Source of the DNA: Podarcis vaucheri
Lineage: Eukaryota
Assembly: GCA_965113315.1 (NCBI GenBank)
Contig: OZ220373.1
DNA length: 64,000 nucleotides
Strand: one strand, 5' to 3'
The notes beneath the pieces are model-generated. The model ran no database searches. It had not been told where the DNA came from and saw only the letters and a list, made by a program, of their open reading frames with translations. Made by a program: the position numbers and the translations under genes. This document shows, piece after piece, positions 7,789 to 21,200 of this stretch (the first letter of the stretch is position 1; the number at the start of each line of letters is the position of its first letter).

Positions 7789-9356
7789 TATTTGATTTTA
7801 TCTACAGCATCCAATAACACTCTAAATATTAAATGATGAAGATGATGATTTCAACTTGTTATAAAGCTTTTGCGTGTGTTTGCTTTTATAGATTCTTCTA
7901 TGGATTACAGATGAGGTTTATTACATAGTAAAACTGTATTCCTTCTGGCAAAGGACTATTTCATCTTTCCATATCGCATTGCCAAAAGACATAAATTTTA
8001 TTCATTTATAGAAATTATTTTATAAACAAAATAGTGTGTCTGATCATCAATAAGGACAAACACTGATGTAGGCTGCTAGCAAAAGAGACACGGATCTGAT
8101 TATGTCCTGAATAATCAAAGCCTGAAATTACTCTAGACTTTCACAGCAGGCTCATCTTCCAGGGTTGTTCCTTGCATGGAGAAGCAATTGTAACAGAAAG
8201 CCTCCAAAATAAGAAGGAAAACTCTTATTCTAAACCTCCACTGCCTTACGGGACATCTTTGGGAGAAGAAAAGGCTAAGGAGCAAACTCTACACAAATCT
8301 GGAGTGGAGTCCTGAAGACGGTTGGATGGCTCCTTGTACATCTCCTTCCAACAACTCCTGCAGTCAAGCTGGCGCCAAACATATTGCTCAGCTTTCCTTT
8401 GGTCCACTTTAGTGAGGCCAAGGGGGGTCTTGCCATATGGGCAGCCCAGGACCTCCAACACATTGCCTAGACTTGTGCCCCGCAGAGGTCACTTCAATGC
8501 TGCAAATGCAGGCGTTTGATTTCACCCACAGAGGCAGACTCTATTGTCTCTCGAGACAGATATGAAGAACCATGCAGAGACACTTATAGGAGTGTACATA
8601 CAAACAGGAGATACTTTGACATTGTCCATAACTGCAGATGGATGGATGCATAGTTTGGCAGGGTTTCTCCTTGAAGGTCAGTATCAATTTGACACAAAAA
8701 TACAAATACACTTCATTTACATAGGTGAAATATTGCTGTCATGCTGATTTTTATTTTTTTTTAGCTTTTAGTAACCAAACACCCGTTCACTTAACAATCT
8801 CTGTTTCAGTGAGGGAAAGACTTTCTTTTTCCACTTCAGGATTATTGTCGATATTTTTCATTTTATTATTGTCATAATGAGTAAGCTGGAAAAAAAATAA
8901 ACAAAATCAATTGGAAGGTACATTAGCTAATCTTTCTCGTGGCCTTCAGTGTGCATTATGTTTTCTCAGAAATGGCTCTTTGTAACCTGTTAGTATACAG
9001 AGTGACAAAAGAATATTAAAAGCTGCAACCTGTGAGGGGAAAAAAATCACCATTCACTAACACGTATGGGAGCCACACCCAGTTGCAGTGGAACGCTTTC
9101 CAGTGTGAGAACTTTCGAGATCCAGCAAAATTCTGCATCTATTTCCAGCCTATTCCTCTCTGCCCCATGCAGCTACACAGAGAATGAAATAGTAGAGGGT
9201 AGCAACTACAGCTGCAATCCTAAGCCTACTTGGTGGGAGTATATTCCACTAAAATAAGAATGTAAAAGGATTGATGCAGGAGCAGGTCAAAGATCTATAT
9301 AGTCCAGATCATGTTCCCTACAGAAAGCCCAAGGAGGGACACAAGGGCAATGGACC

Positions 9357-9490
9357 CAGGTGTTTTTTTCTCCCAGAACTCACTGGAACTCAGTTCTGGC
9401 ACCTCTCAGATGGGCGCTATTGCCATTATGAAAGAACAAGGGAGGCGTTCATGGTGAATTCTGGCACTGAGTTCTAGAAAAATAGCACTG
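9357..9490. mobile_element. hAT-type MITE
   Basis: Imperfect TIR (CAGGTGTTTTTTTCT/AGAAAAATAGCACTG) with near-identical 8-bp flanks AATGGACC and AATGGCCC. Confidence 0.7.
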
Positions 9491-9549
9491 AATGGCCCTC
9501 ACTCCTTCTTGTTCTCCAGCAGCTCGTATTCACAGGCATCCTGCTGCTC

Positions 9550-9740
9550 CAGTGGCGTAGCATGGGTTGTCAGCACCCGGGGCAAGGCAAGTAATTTGCG
9601 CCCCCTAACCCGTGGATTTGCACCCCCTAACCCGTGGATTTGCGCCCCCTAACCCGTGGATTTGCGCCCCCTAACCCTAACCCCCAGATGTTGCGCCCGG
9701 TGCGGCCGGCCCCCCCTGCACCCCCCACACTACGCCACTG
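9550..9740. mobile_element. hAT-type MITE with internal 22-bp minisatellite
   Basis: TIR CAGTGGCGTAG/CTACGCCACTG, perfect 8-bp TSD TGCTGCTC, and ~3.7 copies of TTTGCGCCCCCTAACCCGTGGA. Confidence 0.9.
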
Positions 9741-9837
9741 TGCTGCTCTTCCTGGAAGCAGCCTCTGGCCACTATGACTAGTAGCCACAGAGAGCTTTGT
9801 CTTCCATGTGCTTGTCTAATCCCCCAATTGAGGCTTA

Positions 9838-10188
9838 AAAGGTAAAGGGACCCCTGACCATTAGGTCCAGTTGTGACCTACTCTGGGGTTGTGGTGCTCA
9901 TCTCGCTTTTTTGGCCGAGGGAGCCGGCGTACAGCTTCTGGGTCATGTGGCCAGCATGACTAAGCCGCTTCTGGCGAACCAGAGCAGCGCACGGAAATGC
10001 CATTTACCTTCCCGCCGGAGCGGTTCCTATTTATCTACTTGCACTTTTGACGTGCTTTCGAACTGCTAGGTTGGCAGGAGCAGGGACCAAGCAAGGGGAG
10101 CTCACCCCGTCGTGGGGATTCAAACCGCGACCTTCTGATTGGCAAGTCCTAGGCTCTGTGGTTTAACCCACAGCGCCACCCGCGTCCC
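9838..10188 (-). mobile_element. Sauria SINE
   Basis: Minus strand starts GGGACGCGGGTGGCGCTGTGG with a tRNA-like B box and ends in an ACCTTT tail. Similar to 43500-43846. Confidence 0.92.
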
Positions 10189-11444
10189 ACAACTGGATAA
10201 ATTTGCATAGGAACTGCACACTTCACAGACAAAGCAGGGCAAAATGGGTATCCTCTACATTTTTAGAGTGTGGATCATGTTGGACATTCCCCACTGAACT
10301 TGGACTGCTGTTTACACCTGTGCTAATTATTTTTGATGTAGCATTCACACAAACAATGTACATGTGAGCTCACACTACCCCCCAGGTCTGACAGCTTCTA
10401 CATTTAGAAGAGATGGAGTCCACCAAAGTTTCTGCAATTGAGAACAGCGAGTTTCCACAGCCCCAAGGTTAGAGGGAGCATTGAAGGAATATACGGTAAC
10501 AGGAAGACTTTCTATTGGCACAAATAGACTAGTCATTATTAAGCACATCACACAGATACACATTTATAGAATGAACATTAGTATAAAAATGTATAATATT
10601 TCATTCTGCTGTGGCCAGAAAACATAGAAGATGCCATTATGACAAAACACTGAATACTTCAATTTTTGCAATGCAATTCTATGCATATCTACGCAGGGGG
10701 GAAACCATATTTAGTAAAATGGGTTAATCTCAGGTAAGGTTGTAGTCAGCCCCATTTTACTTTGTGGTAAATGTGTGCTATAAGTGATTAATTTCCAGAA
10801 AATCTCCAATAACTTTAATAGTATGTAAAAGTTAACATACATGCAAAACAATGGATTTAAGCAAGCAAACAAAATAAATACAGAAATAAACGGCCTTGGA
10901 AGCTACTCTTGAAATGTAGCATATTAATAAATATTGATAAATAACATATACCAAACTGAAATAAAGGTATTTGATAATTCTGTCATATATGGCCCACATA
11001 TGGCTTATAGTAGATTCATCAATTGTCTGTATCTTTCCTCTTCCTTACAGTAGGCTAATCAACCTAATTAAAGCTTTGTTCATTTGAAACCTTGAATGAC
11101 AATTTGCTTAACTCCATCCCACTGTGGTATTTTTATAAAGAGAATTAAATCTGATCTTCTGACAGCAATTATTAAATGATCCCAACTGGCCCCAATTAAG
11201 ATTCATGGCTCACAGGGTCTTGAAATCCAATAAAGTGACGAATCCTCTCACTTGTACATCTCTCTTTACTTTGGTCTATTTTCTTAATGCCAATTAAGCT
11301 CCTCTGATCAAGTGCAATTGAAGGCTATTGTGAGTCCTAATTCATGATACAACGTATCAATTTGTAGCTCAGACATACCCAAGTAATGGACAAGGTCTTC
11401 TGCAAACATTTCCTCTCTTCTAATGAACCTATTATAATAAAGTG

Positions 11445-11446
<2 letters not shown>

Positions 11447-11483
<37 letters not shown>
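11447..11483. repeat. (GT)n microsatellite
   Basis: Direct reading. Confidence 0.95.
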
Positions 11484-11486
<3 letters not shown>

Positions 11487-12413
11487 AGAAAGTGAGGCTG
11501 ACTAATTTGTGCTTTACATGATCTAAACAATTATGCTTTCAAAATGATGGAAATGGATAAATACCTGAGAAGAGCCAACATACCAAATTGTGTTTGAGTT
11601 TATTGGCGCCCCTTATTTTTGATACTTTCTTTCTCTTGATATCATTTCCTATTTTTAATTTAGTTTTGTGAATATAAGTCCTGAACTGTATTTTTTTTAA
11701 AAAAAAGAAAGGAGAAAAGAAAGATCTATATTCTAGTGGAAGGCTATTGTGCTGTAATAGCTTGTTCCAGTTATTTCAAGGAGACTAAAGCATAATTTAC
11801 GTAATCTGGATCTAACCCATTATTTATATTTCATAAACTATTCTAAATGATATCTTACTCTTCCCACAACCAGAAGCGGCTTGCCAGGTGGAGCTAGCTT
11901 CTCAGCCAGGTGTGTTGCTCTTGCTGAACGGAAGGGAGAGGGGATGGGGGGAGACGGCAGGGCAGTCAGTGCAGTGCAAGCACACCAGCAGGAGTGCTAA
12001 ATTGGCTCTGCTAGGGTGTCTGGACTGTGCCAACCTATCCACCCGCTCCCAGTAAACAACAGCACCCCACCTGCTAGGAAACTAGTGTGACAGCTCCATC
12101 CTGCCTGGTGAACCACTTCTGGCCATGACTGTGACTTATAAGAGCTGCAGCCCATGCAAAAGGAAAGTGGGGTGTGTGTGAGGGGGTGAGTCCTGTTTTG
12201 CAAGCAGAAATGCTTGCAGTGATGGAACATGTTAGTTGGACACCACCCCACATTTGGAGTCTGTAACCATTGGAATTGTCAGCTTCTGAACTGGTTCTTG
12301 CTTCTACGTCTTTAGCAACAATTTGTAGGAATTAGCAGGCAATCATATTTATCGCCATACCCTTCCTGCTCATTTCTGGAGATCAAATGTCTGTTCACAC
12401 CAGGGCACGTAGC

Positions 12414-12450
<37 letters not shown>
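12414..12450. repeat. (TAT)n microsatellite
   Basis: Direct reading. Confidence 0.95.
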
Positions 12451-12452
<2 letters not shown>

Positions 12453-14299
12453 ATAGCATAGCAGCTATTCATGATTAGCAACCCTCTGTTGGTTTGGGGG
12501 CAAAACTAGCTGAAGACTGGAACAAATGATTTACTCTTTGTGGGGTACAGGAATGAAAGACACATGGAAAGTGCACTTGGAAGGGATGATGAGAACGCAT
12601 CTTTAATTTTCTGCTCTATTTTTTTCACACATGTTCATGTACAAAGCTTTGGAGGGACATTGCTGTGCCTCACTTGAAATGCATGTAGCCTCAGGATTTG
12701 GAGCTCCTTGATTGGGAAGTCTCCAGGGAAATGAATGAATGAAAACCATTCTCCGGAGACTTAAAAGTAGTTTCTAGACACATCTGGCTCATCTTAATCT
12801 AAACTGCTAACACCTGCCTGGGAATCTACCCTCCATCTTCTGCTTTGAAGAACAAACAGCAGAGATTTATCTCTAGTCATTTTCTGGAGGCCAAAGCGCA
12901 GGCACATGACCTTGTGCTACAATTATTGCGATATAAATTATGCCCTTCTTTGTTCATTTAAACTGCTAATGTTAAAAGAGGCTATCACTGTTCTTCCTTG
13001 GGTTATGGCATGCCATAAGACTGGATCCCCAGAATAAAAATGATAATTTTTTGATATTATCTTATTTTAATTAGCATAGAGCATGTTTAAGGCCACTAAC
13101 ATCTTGTCTTCACCCCATGTAGACACATGCTGTCATGATGGAAATCAACCACCCCATTGTTCAGAGGAAAAGAAGATTACAACCGTGTGGGTTTTTTTTA
13201 CACAGTGGTACATACAGACATCAGATCCTGTGCTTCCTAGTCCTAGTGTATATGTGTATGTTTGGTGGTGGGATGAGGATTTTTCAAGGTACACATAACG
13301 TTTCATCAGACAGATATGGAACAGGGGGATTAGTTCAGCTTCATGTTGCTAACCCAAATATTAAGGAATACTTCAGAGAGTGATTTATTTCCAACATTTT
13401 GTTCTTCTGCAGAAGCAGACCATGAAAGATACTACCCCTACATATGTTGTATTGCTCTTAAAAACATGACTTCTTACATTTCCATATACATATCTTCAGT
13501 ATGACAGTCACTACAGACAGTGCAGCTGTCAACGATAACACATAAAGTACATTGCCATATTTTTAATCAATGGCTCATTAAAGATAGGAGAATTATTCAA
13601 ACAGTCTCATCAAGATGCGACATTAAAAATGGCAGCTGAAAGAATATCTGCTATATTTCTTTACAACGATTAATACTGCTGGGTAGGTGGGGAAAGTGTT
13701 TTCTATTTGATGTTCCCCGTGTTGCAGGAATAATATAGTCAAACACAATGGCTTTCAGAACTGAAAGAGATAACAAAGGACCAGATAGTGCAAAACAGAC
13801 TTTCATCTAGTGATAGAAAAAGTACAAGGTTGCAAAGAAAAACGTCTCTCTTTTCTTTCTTTTTTCACTGTGAAGATCCACTCCACTCAAGTGTCTTTTG
13901 AGACTAGCATGTTTTCACAATGAAATAAAAAAAAAAGAGATACATTTTCCTTTGCAAACGTATGCTTTTTCTACCACTGAGTTTTATTCCGAGTTTAAAC
14001 CAATGGTTCATCTAGCTAAGGATTGTTAACCAATCTTCAAGGTCATAGGCAATAAAATATAGCAAAACCATTCTTACTTAGCTACTGCTTAAGTAGAAAT
14101 AATGGATGTCCAACTAGGAGTCTTATACACAATCAATTTTTAAAAAATAGTTCAGCATCACATGATCAAAAGAACTTCTGCAACAATTAAAAACAAAGAG
14201 AGTATTTAAAATAATTATTTGCTTAGCCAAGTTATCAACTGCCCAAAGATCTTAAAAGAGAGGCAAAAACATAAGGTGAGAGTCAGATGGATCGCCTGA

Positions 14300-14690
14300 G
14301 GCAGAGAGCTCCACAAACTGGCACAATTGTAGAGCAGGTCTCTCATATACTAGAACGGGGGACCATCCAATGAATGTTGGAAGACTCAAGACAGACAAAA
14401 GACAGTACTTCCTCACATAGCACATACGTAAAGTATAGAATTCTCTCTCAGAATATGTAAACATCATGGCCAGCAATTTGGACGGCTTTAAAAGAAGTCA
14501 AGTTCATGAAGGATAAGGCTGCTGGCTACCAGCTATGAGGGTGGTGATGTTCTACCTCTGCTATCTGAGGCAGTGAGTTTTTGAATGCCAGTTCCTGGTA
14601 ATTGCAGGTGGGGGACAGTATTGTTGTCCTGTTCATGGGTTTCCTAGAGGCCCCGACTGGTCTCTGTGAGGACAAGATGCAAGATGCCAA
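14300..14690 (+). mobile_element. Old degenerate CR1-like 3' fragment
   Basis: ATGGCCAGCAATTTGGACGGCTTTAAAAGA...AAGTTCATGAAGGATAAGGCT resembles the end of CR1 ORF2. Boundaries approximate. Confidence 0.5.
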
Positions 14691-16227
14691 ATGCACCTCA
14701 GATGAAGGAGGGGTGAGATGAAGGAGACATGCTTTCCACGGAAACGAACTGAATTCTGAAATGTTAGTCAATTCCTTATTTTGAAAACACATGCCTCAGA
14801 CACAACCAAAAGAAAGCCAGTGTCTGTCAAGTGGTCGTGTAAGAGAGGAGTTTGCTTGTTCTCTCCAGAGGAAGCAAAAGAAGGGAGAACAGTCAAGAGA
14901 ATCCAAAGGTGATTTATATTTCATGAAGTCAACCTTACAGTTTCACAGATTTCATCTGAAGATTTTAGTACCAAATTTACTCTGCTGGAATTTTAGATTT
15001 TTCTTTATGAAGAAAGGGAGATATGGAGTCATCATAAAGTTCAGGTTCTCCACAGTATTATTTATTAATTGGATAGATTTGTACCCTGCCTCTCCCTCTG
15101 AACTGGAGCACAGGGTGGCTTCACCTGGGAAATCATTAAAACAACCAATTAAATTAGTTCCTAGTTGCAAGGAGAATCTAATAGAGTAGGGACTTCCAAG
15201 TTGCACTCTAGATTCTGCTTAAGTTCTTGATGGTGTGTGCCTCTTATTTAGCAGTACATCAGTAGACTAAAAGGGAGTCTAACAGTGCAGTATGAAGCAT
15301 ATTTTCTCACAAGTAAATACCATTGAGTTCAATATTGGGGGGGGGGGAGTGTCCAGTTGTGAGATATTCCTCCAAGGCATGCAGAAAAATCGGGCAACTT
15401 CTGAAGCCCCAGGCAGTAGTCAGTGAACTGCCTTTGGCTTCATGGGTCATAGTTGTCAGGCCTGATCCAAATGCATTATTTTTGTATACTTTTTCTGACT
15501 GTGTTCTAGTAATAGGAAAAGATGGTAATTTTAGGGCACGCTTCTGCTATGAAGGACAAACCCTGTAACAGACTGAGTATACAGAGCAGAAAATATCCAG
15601 GGGGAGGGGGAGGAATCTCTAGGGAAATCAGACCAACACAAATCTCACCATTACTCAGCACTGCAGTAACATGCAGATGTTTGTAGTGGTTCGAGATGCA
15701 AGCAGAGACTGGAAACTTTACATCCTTGACTCCAGCATGATTGCAACTGAGCCTCGTCAAAGAAAGAGCCCATAATTTGTCAAAGAAAACAACCAATTAA
15801 CATATGCCAGGGAGGGGGACGCTCCAGAACTGCTAATATATGATTGAAGAGCCAAGACAAATCCAATATCCTGTATTTTAAGAAATAAACATTAGTCTTT
15901 TAGTATTGGATACTAGGGTTTTAAAACAGAAGAGAAATTGTAGTATTTCTTTTTGGAGTTACCACTGGTAGTTAGAATAGTAGCAAGACTTGCTAACACC
16001 ACAGCTGCTATTTTGTATTAAGGGCATCTGAAAATACAGACCACCCCCTAAGTTAGGGGAGCCTTCAGTGATACATTTTGGCTTGTCAGGTCGAAGTACA
16101 GTCCATTCTCATTCTTACAAACACATGTGCTTCAGGACTGCAATCCAAAATCCAGCTAAACTGTGCACCCCAAACCTCAGGAATCCAGATTCCTACACTA
16201 CTGTGAGATGACTCTAATGTGACCGTC

Positions 16228-16350
16228 ACCAACCTGCTGTCCTTCAGATGTTTCCAATTGCAACTCTCATCAAGCCCAACCAGTATGGCCAACAGTCAGG
16301 GATTATGGGTACTGTAGTCCAAAAGATCTAGAGAGCACCAGATTAGGGAA
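16228..16350. mobile_element. Degenerate palindromic MITE (CCAGATGTT...ACAACTCCCATCA family)
   Basis: Similar to 38147-38265 and 39921-40048; imperfect self-complementarity. Confidence 0.55.
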
Positions 16351-17029
16351 GAATGGGCTAATGTTTTGTTTTTGCTTTAAAATAGTGAATTTTGCCACCT
16401 GAATGCAAATTCTACTGAAAACTTACTGGATTTAAGACTAAGAAAGTTTACTTATGACAGATGTGGGCTGGGAATCTGATCATAGTTAAATATATGGCAT
16501 GATTCACAATTCTCCAAACTGTGTTGACATGACCCATCAAGCAATGATGGTGCTTGTGAATGAGTAGGGCAGTCACAGTAGCTCCTAGCTAGGAACAGAG
16601 TGCCATGAGTTTACAGTTCCGACCATGAACTGTTACAACTGATCATTTACAGCTTTGTTGAGAACTGTTGCAAGGTCTAAGGGCTATGAGGCAATCCTGG
16701 CATTCCCTAGACCTAATAGTGATGGGAGATGATGATGATGATGATGATTATGCAAAAGTTTAGTGAATAAATAAACACTATGTACAAAATACCAATTAAA
16801 TTCATTGGACTCCAAGAGGCATCTTCCAAAGAATTAAACTTTGGATAGATTTAGCTCAAATCAGGTGGGTGGACTGAAGGGAATGTAACAAACCATTAGC
16901 ATGCACAACAAATCCACAGATCCAAAGAATGATGAGCAGAACAAAAATAGCCACTAGCAAAAGAGTTCACACAAGCGGGGGGTGGGTGGGTTTCAAACTA
17001 GCCCAGTGGTTGCCATGAATTTGATTTTG

Positions 17030-17116
17030 AATTTATTTTCGAATGTTGTGTAACTTTTGTTGTTGTTAGCTGCTCTGAGCCTGGCTTTGGCTGGGGAGGG
17101 CGGGATATAAATAAGA

Positions 17117-17165
<49 letters not shown>

Positions 17166-17172
17166 TATTATT
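17030..17172 (+). mobile_element. LINE (L2-like) 3' terminus with (TTA)n tail
   Basis: GGGAGGGCGGGATATAAATAA followed by a long TTA microsatellite. Confidence 0.6.
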
Positions 17173-18115
17173 AAGTTTCCCTTTCCTCATTCAACTCCCA
17201 AGTGTGAGGTGTAACAGTCCTTGCATGAGCAGACAACACCTCAATATAGATGCAACCCATTCATCTACCTGCATTATATGCATTAATAATGGCTCTAAGT
17301 TCATTGTATATACAAACTGTTGTGAGGATAGGGCTCTTTCACCCCAAATATTGTGGAACATTAACATTATGCCTTTTGCATCTTTTTAAAATGTGCCATT
17401 CTGTTTTGCCATTCTGCTTGTGCATCTGTGTGGCTCTGAACGCATGTCTTCTCCTTTTTTCATTCTCTCCATTTTTGGAACAAATCCAAAGGTTTTAAAA
17501 CTTCTAAGTATGAATATTTATCAGTAAAAACCCAAACTTCTCTTGTTGAAGCCGAACAGCAGAATCTAATTTTATTTATCAATTGCAAAAGTTTTTATTG
17601 CAAAAACTTGCAGATGTCATCTGTGTCCACCAAGGGAACTAACTCCATGTGTACCATGAGGAGGAGGGCAAGGTCCAATTTTAATCAAACAAGTCAATAA
17701 GTAAATACATAAAAGAGTGCCCATTATGGAAGAGGTGTTTTCTTCTGCTCAAGTACTTGAACTGTATATCACTTCTATTTATATCGGATGTGCATGTATG
17801 AAATTCATTCCCTTGAAGATCATATCATACTGTTTATCCCTTCCTATTTCATCAGTCACATATCAGTTCCAGTTCAGCCACACCCTTGTTCCTGCAAATA
17901 CTTGTGCCCACGCTGTGCCATGAACACTTCTACCAAAGTCAGAAACCTTCTCGGTAATAAAAAGATGTGGAAATGGGAGAAAGTGAGTTGGGGTAACCTT
18001 GTGATTAAGACTGAAATCCTATGCACACTTACACGGGAGTAAGCTTCATTGAACAAAGCCAGATTGCACAGTTAGTCACAGATATCATGGGGTTTGCAGG
18101 AAACAGCAAGGATTC

Positions 18116-18260
18116 TTAGAATCATAGAATTGTAGAGCTGGAAGGGACAACAAGGGTCATCTAGTCCAACCCCCAGCAATGCAGGTAACTTTTGTCCAAC
18201 ATAGGGCTTAAACCCACCACCATGAGATGAAGAGCTTTGTGCTCTACTCACTGAGCTATC
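18116..18260 (-). mobile_element. tRNA-Lys-derived SINE with CR1-type 3' tail
   Basis: Minus strand GATAGCTCAGTGAGTAGAGCA...GTGGGTTTAAGCCCTATGTTGG aligns to tRNA-Lys(CTT). It is followed by the same GGGGTTGGACT...ATTCTATGATTCT tail as the CR1 copies. Confidence 0.8.
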
Positions 18261-21200
18261 TGATATGAAGGCTGCAGTGTGCACACCATTGGAGGAATGA
18301 TTTGCAGAATGAAATGAAGTATACTCACAAAATCAACAAATGATGAAGAGAAAGAGAAAAGTGTTGGGGGGGGGGTTATTTGGCACAGCACACAACAGAA
18401 CATAGATATGCAGAATTCAAGAGAAGAACGTAGGAGGGAAGATTAGTTTGGCCAAGTCCAGTCTATAGATTTGTCCATTTAAAACCTGTCAGCCTTAATT
18501 AAAAGGCCTCACATACTACTTAAACTGTGTGACATATGGCCAAACCATGTTAACGAGAAAGAGACACTTTCTGCCTCCCTGAATCCACATGAGCTCCTGA
18601 CATGATCCAATCAGGTCCAGGGCAGAGCAGTTACTGGGGGTGGGAGGGATTCAATGACAGCTTACACTGTTATAATCCCACTGACTTTAGTGGAACTTAC
18701 ACTGGTGTAATTGGTTGTGCAAATGCCTCTTTAAAATGTTAATTATTCATGCCAGTAACTGTGGTGTGTTCATGTTTGCATGGCAGGCGATGCCATACTC
18801 TGGGTCTACGTTCAGTTCTTATTCTGTAATGACAAGATTCATAAGAAACAAAAGCCAGTTTCAGTTCATAACACATTCTTGCTTGGGGAGTAGCAGAAAA
18901 GCCAGTGTAGGCTTAGTAAACCATAGAAACATAGATCAATTAACACAAAGTGCAGAATGAAGAAATTATTTACCATAGACTACACTCTGTAGTACACTCT
19001 GACGCTCACAGGAAGCAATCGTTCATATATTCCCATTTTGAATGATTTCGTGGAAAATAATTACTACTTTTTAGAAAATGATGTTTGTGATGGCACTTGC
19101 AGAATTGCTGGTGGAAGTTGCAAATGAGTTTGCATGGCTGGGTTTCCTCAGCTCATTTTCCACCACAATAAAACATAATCACTCTGCACTTTACCTTGTC
19201 GATGTTTTGCACAAACCAAGGCAAATTCAGACAACCTTTTAAACACCTGACATCATAGGATTACTCCATGCGCTCTAACTGACTAATTCAATGTGTAGTC
19301 AAATCACAGTTTATGCAAACACATTATATTCTGATCATGTGTGTACAGATACATTAACGGTGATTTGTCTATGATCAAATCTATGACAGGTTTCATCTAA
19401 CTGTGAACGGACAGAGAGGGGAGCAATTTTGGACAAGTTTTCCCTTTCTCCTAGAGCCCCCCCCCAAATACCTCCAATGATATTCCGAGGGAGCCCAGAG
19501 TCCCCTGGGGGAAGGGGGAATCAACAAAAAATTTCTTTCCCCCTTCCATTCATGGAAGCCTCCACTAGATCAAAGAGCCGTCTGAAAATAACACCACTGG
19601 ATATAGCCTGTTGTGCTTGCTTACTATACCTTCAAAGGTATTTGGTACAGTAAGTTTTACTTTCTGTTCTGAAATCACAAATTATGGTTACATTCTTAAA
19701 GAGGCCAACGGCTACATAGCAAGGAGGAAGACATACATCAAAGCAAGGCATAAACACATTAAGAGGAAGCGTAAGTTCGCTGGTTTCAACACAATTCACA
19801 GGACAAAAAGTACTAAACTTTTTGTTAATGTTACAAGGCAAGAGAATGAAGAAACACTAAGCTGCATTTTTACAGGCATTACAGCAAACAACCCTATCAC
19901 GCATTGTCAAGGTCCTCTTAACATTCTAAGAGACTGAGCTATGACTCAAGAGGTCCCTGGTCCAAAACTTGCCTCTGCCATTCTCTCAGACTCCGTATGG
20001 AGGTTAACAATACTTAATTAAATAACATTACAGTGTTGTTGGAAGGATTACTATTTACGTGAAGCACTTTGAAGTACCATACCAATGTCAAGTACTATTA
20101 TTTAAGAATAATTGTGGCTGAATATTAAGTCTGTTATCTCAGTGACAGCTACATCTCAGAAACCTATATACTGAATTGTTATTCCTGGCAGGAACCTTAT
20201 AAAGCCAACTGACTGAGCCACAAAGTAACAAAAATGCATAGATCTTTGATATGTCTGTTGAAGGTTGATATACATTTGTCTACTGGACTACTGAAAGTGG
20301 GGGGAAATTATCCAAGTATATGCATGTGACACAGAGAAAGAAATATGGCTGCATTATATCGCAGTGTTGTAGCTATTTCGAATGCAAAGGTATCTATCTT
20401 GACCTGCGAAGTCTGAAAGAAAAGCAGTATGATTTTCCAGACTAGTCTGTCCCTTGAATTTTAAACATTCTTGCTCACATTATAAGAAGTAATCATGGCC
20501 AAACTAGAAGACAGCTATGCAGACATTATTGGTAGCTCATGAAAGTCCCAACTTCCAGTATGTCATATGAACACTTGCTCATTAATCTGATGCAAAGAGA
20601 AAAGGAGGTGTAGATGTGGCTTGGGGGAAAAAAAACCTGTTTTCCTTTTTTCTTCGTCCCATAAATCAGACACAGATGTGTGGTATAGCACTGTAAAACC
20701 CTAAATAAAACATTGTCATGTGAAAGAGGAGGAGAAAACATCCTTTCTATGGTGTCTAGCTAGACAAAAATAAAATGCAGTTCAGATAAAGAGGAGACCT
20801 GATCGCAAACATGTGCCTAGTGCTGTTTACAACCCTTTCAAGGGCAAATCCCCCTCCAAGGCTGAGATGCAACCAACTGTTGCCAATTGCTGACACCGAC
20901 TTGAACTTTAATGCTCGCTGCCAATGCTAAGATATTTTTTTTCACTCATCTGATCTTATAAGCTTCTAATTGAAGCAACTTCATCTTAAAACACTCCCCG
21001 ATACTACACGGTAGCAGACCCAAACCACACTGTTGCTTTCAGAGCCCTGGAACTGCCAAGGTGTTTTAACACAGATGGATAAACACAATGTATTACTAGC
21101 ATGCAATGTGTTCGCTGTTCATGCCACTGTGTAGTGCTTTTCACACTAAAACCCAATGCCTTCCCTCAACCCCGCAAGCAGAAATGGCATTAGTCACCCA

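Noticed and set aside
9595-9685. CRISPR-like array
   Set aside because: Head-to-tail tandem units without unique spacers, inside a MITE in a vertebrate genome.
18190-18260. Functional tRNA-Lys gene
   Set aside because: Multiple substitutions in stems and boxes, and fusion to a CR1 tail; it is a SINE.
19195-19246. Possible 52-nt minus-strand exon (AG...AAG|GTAAAG)
   Set aside because: Weak polypyrimidine tract and no protein or transcript evidence; cannot be supported from sequence alone.
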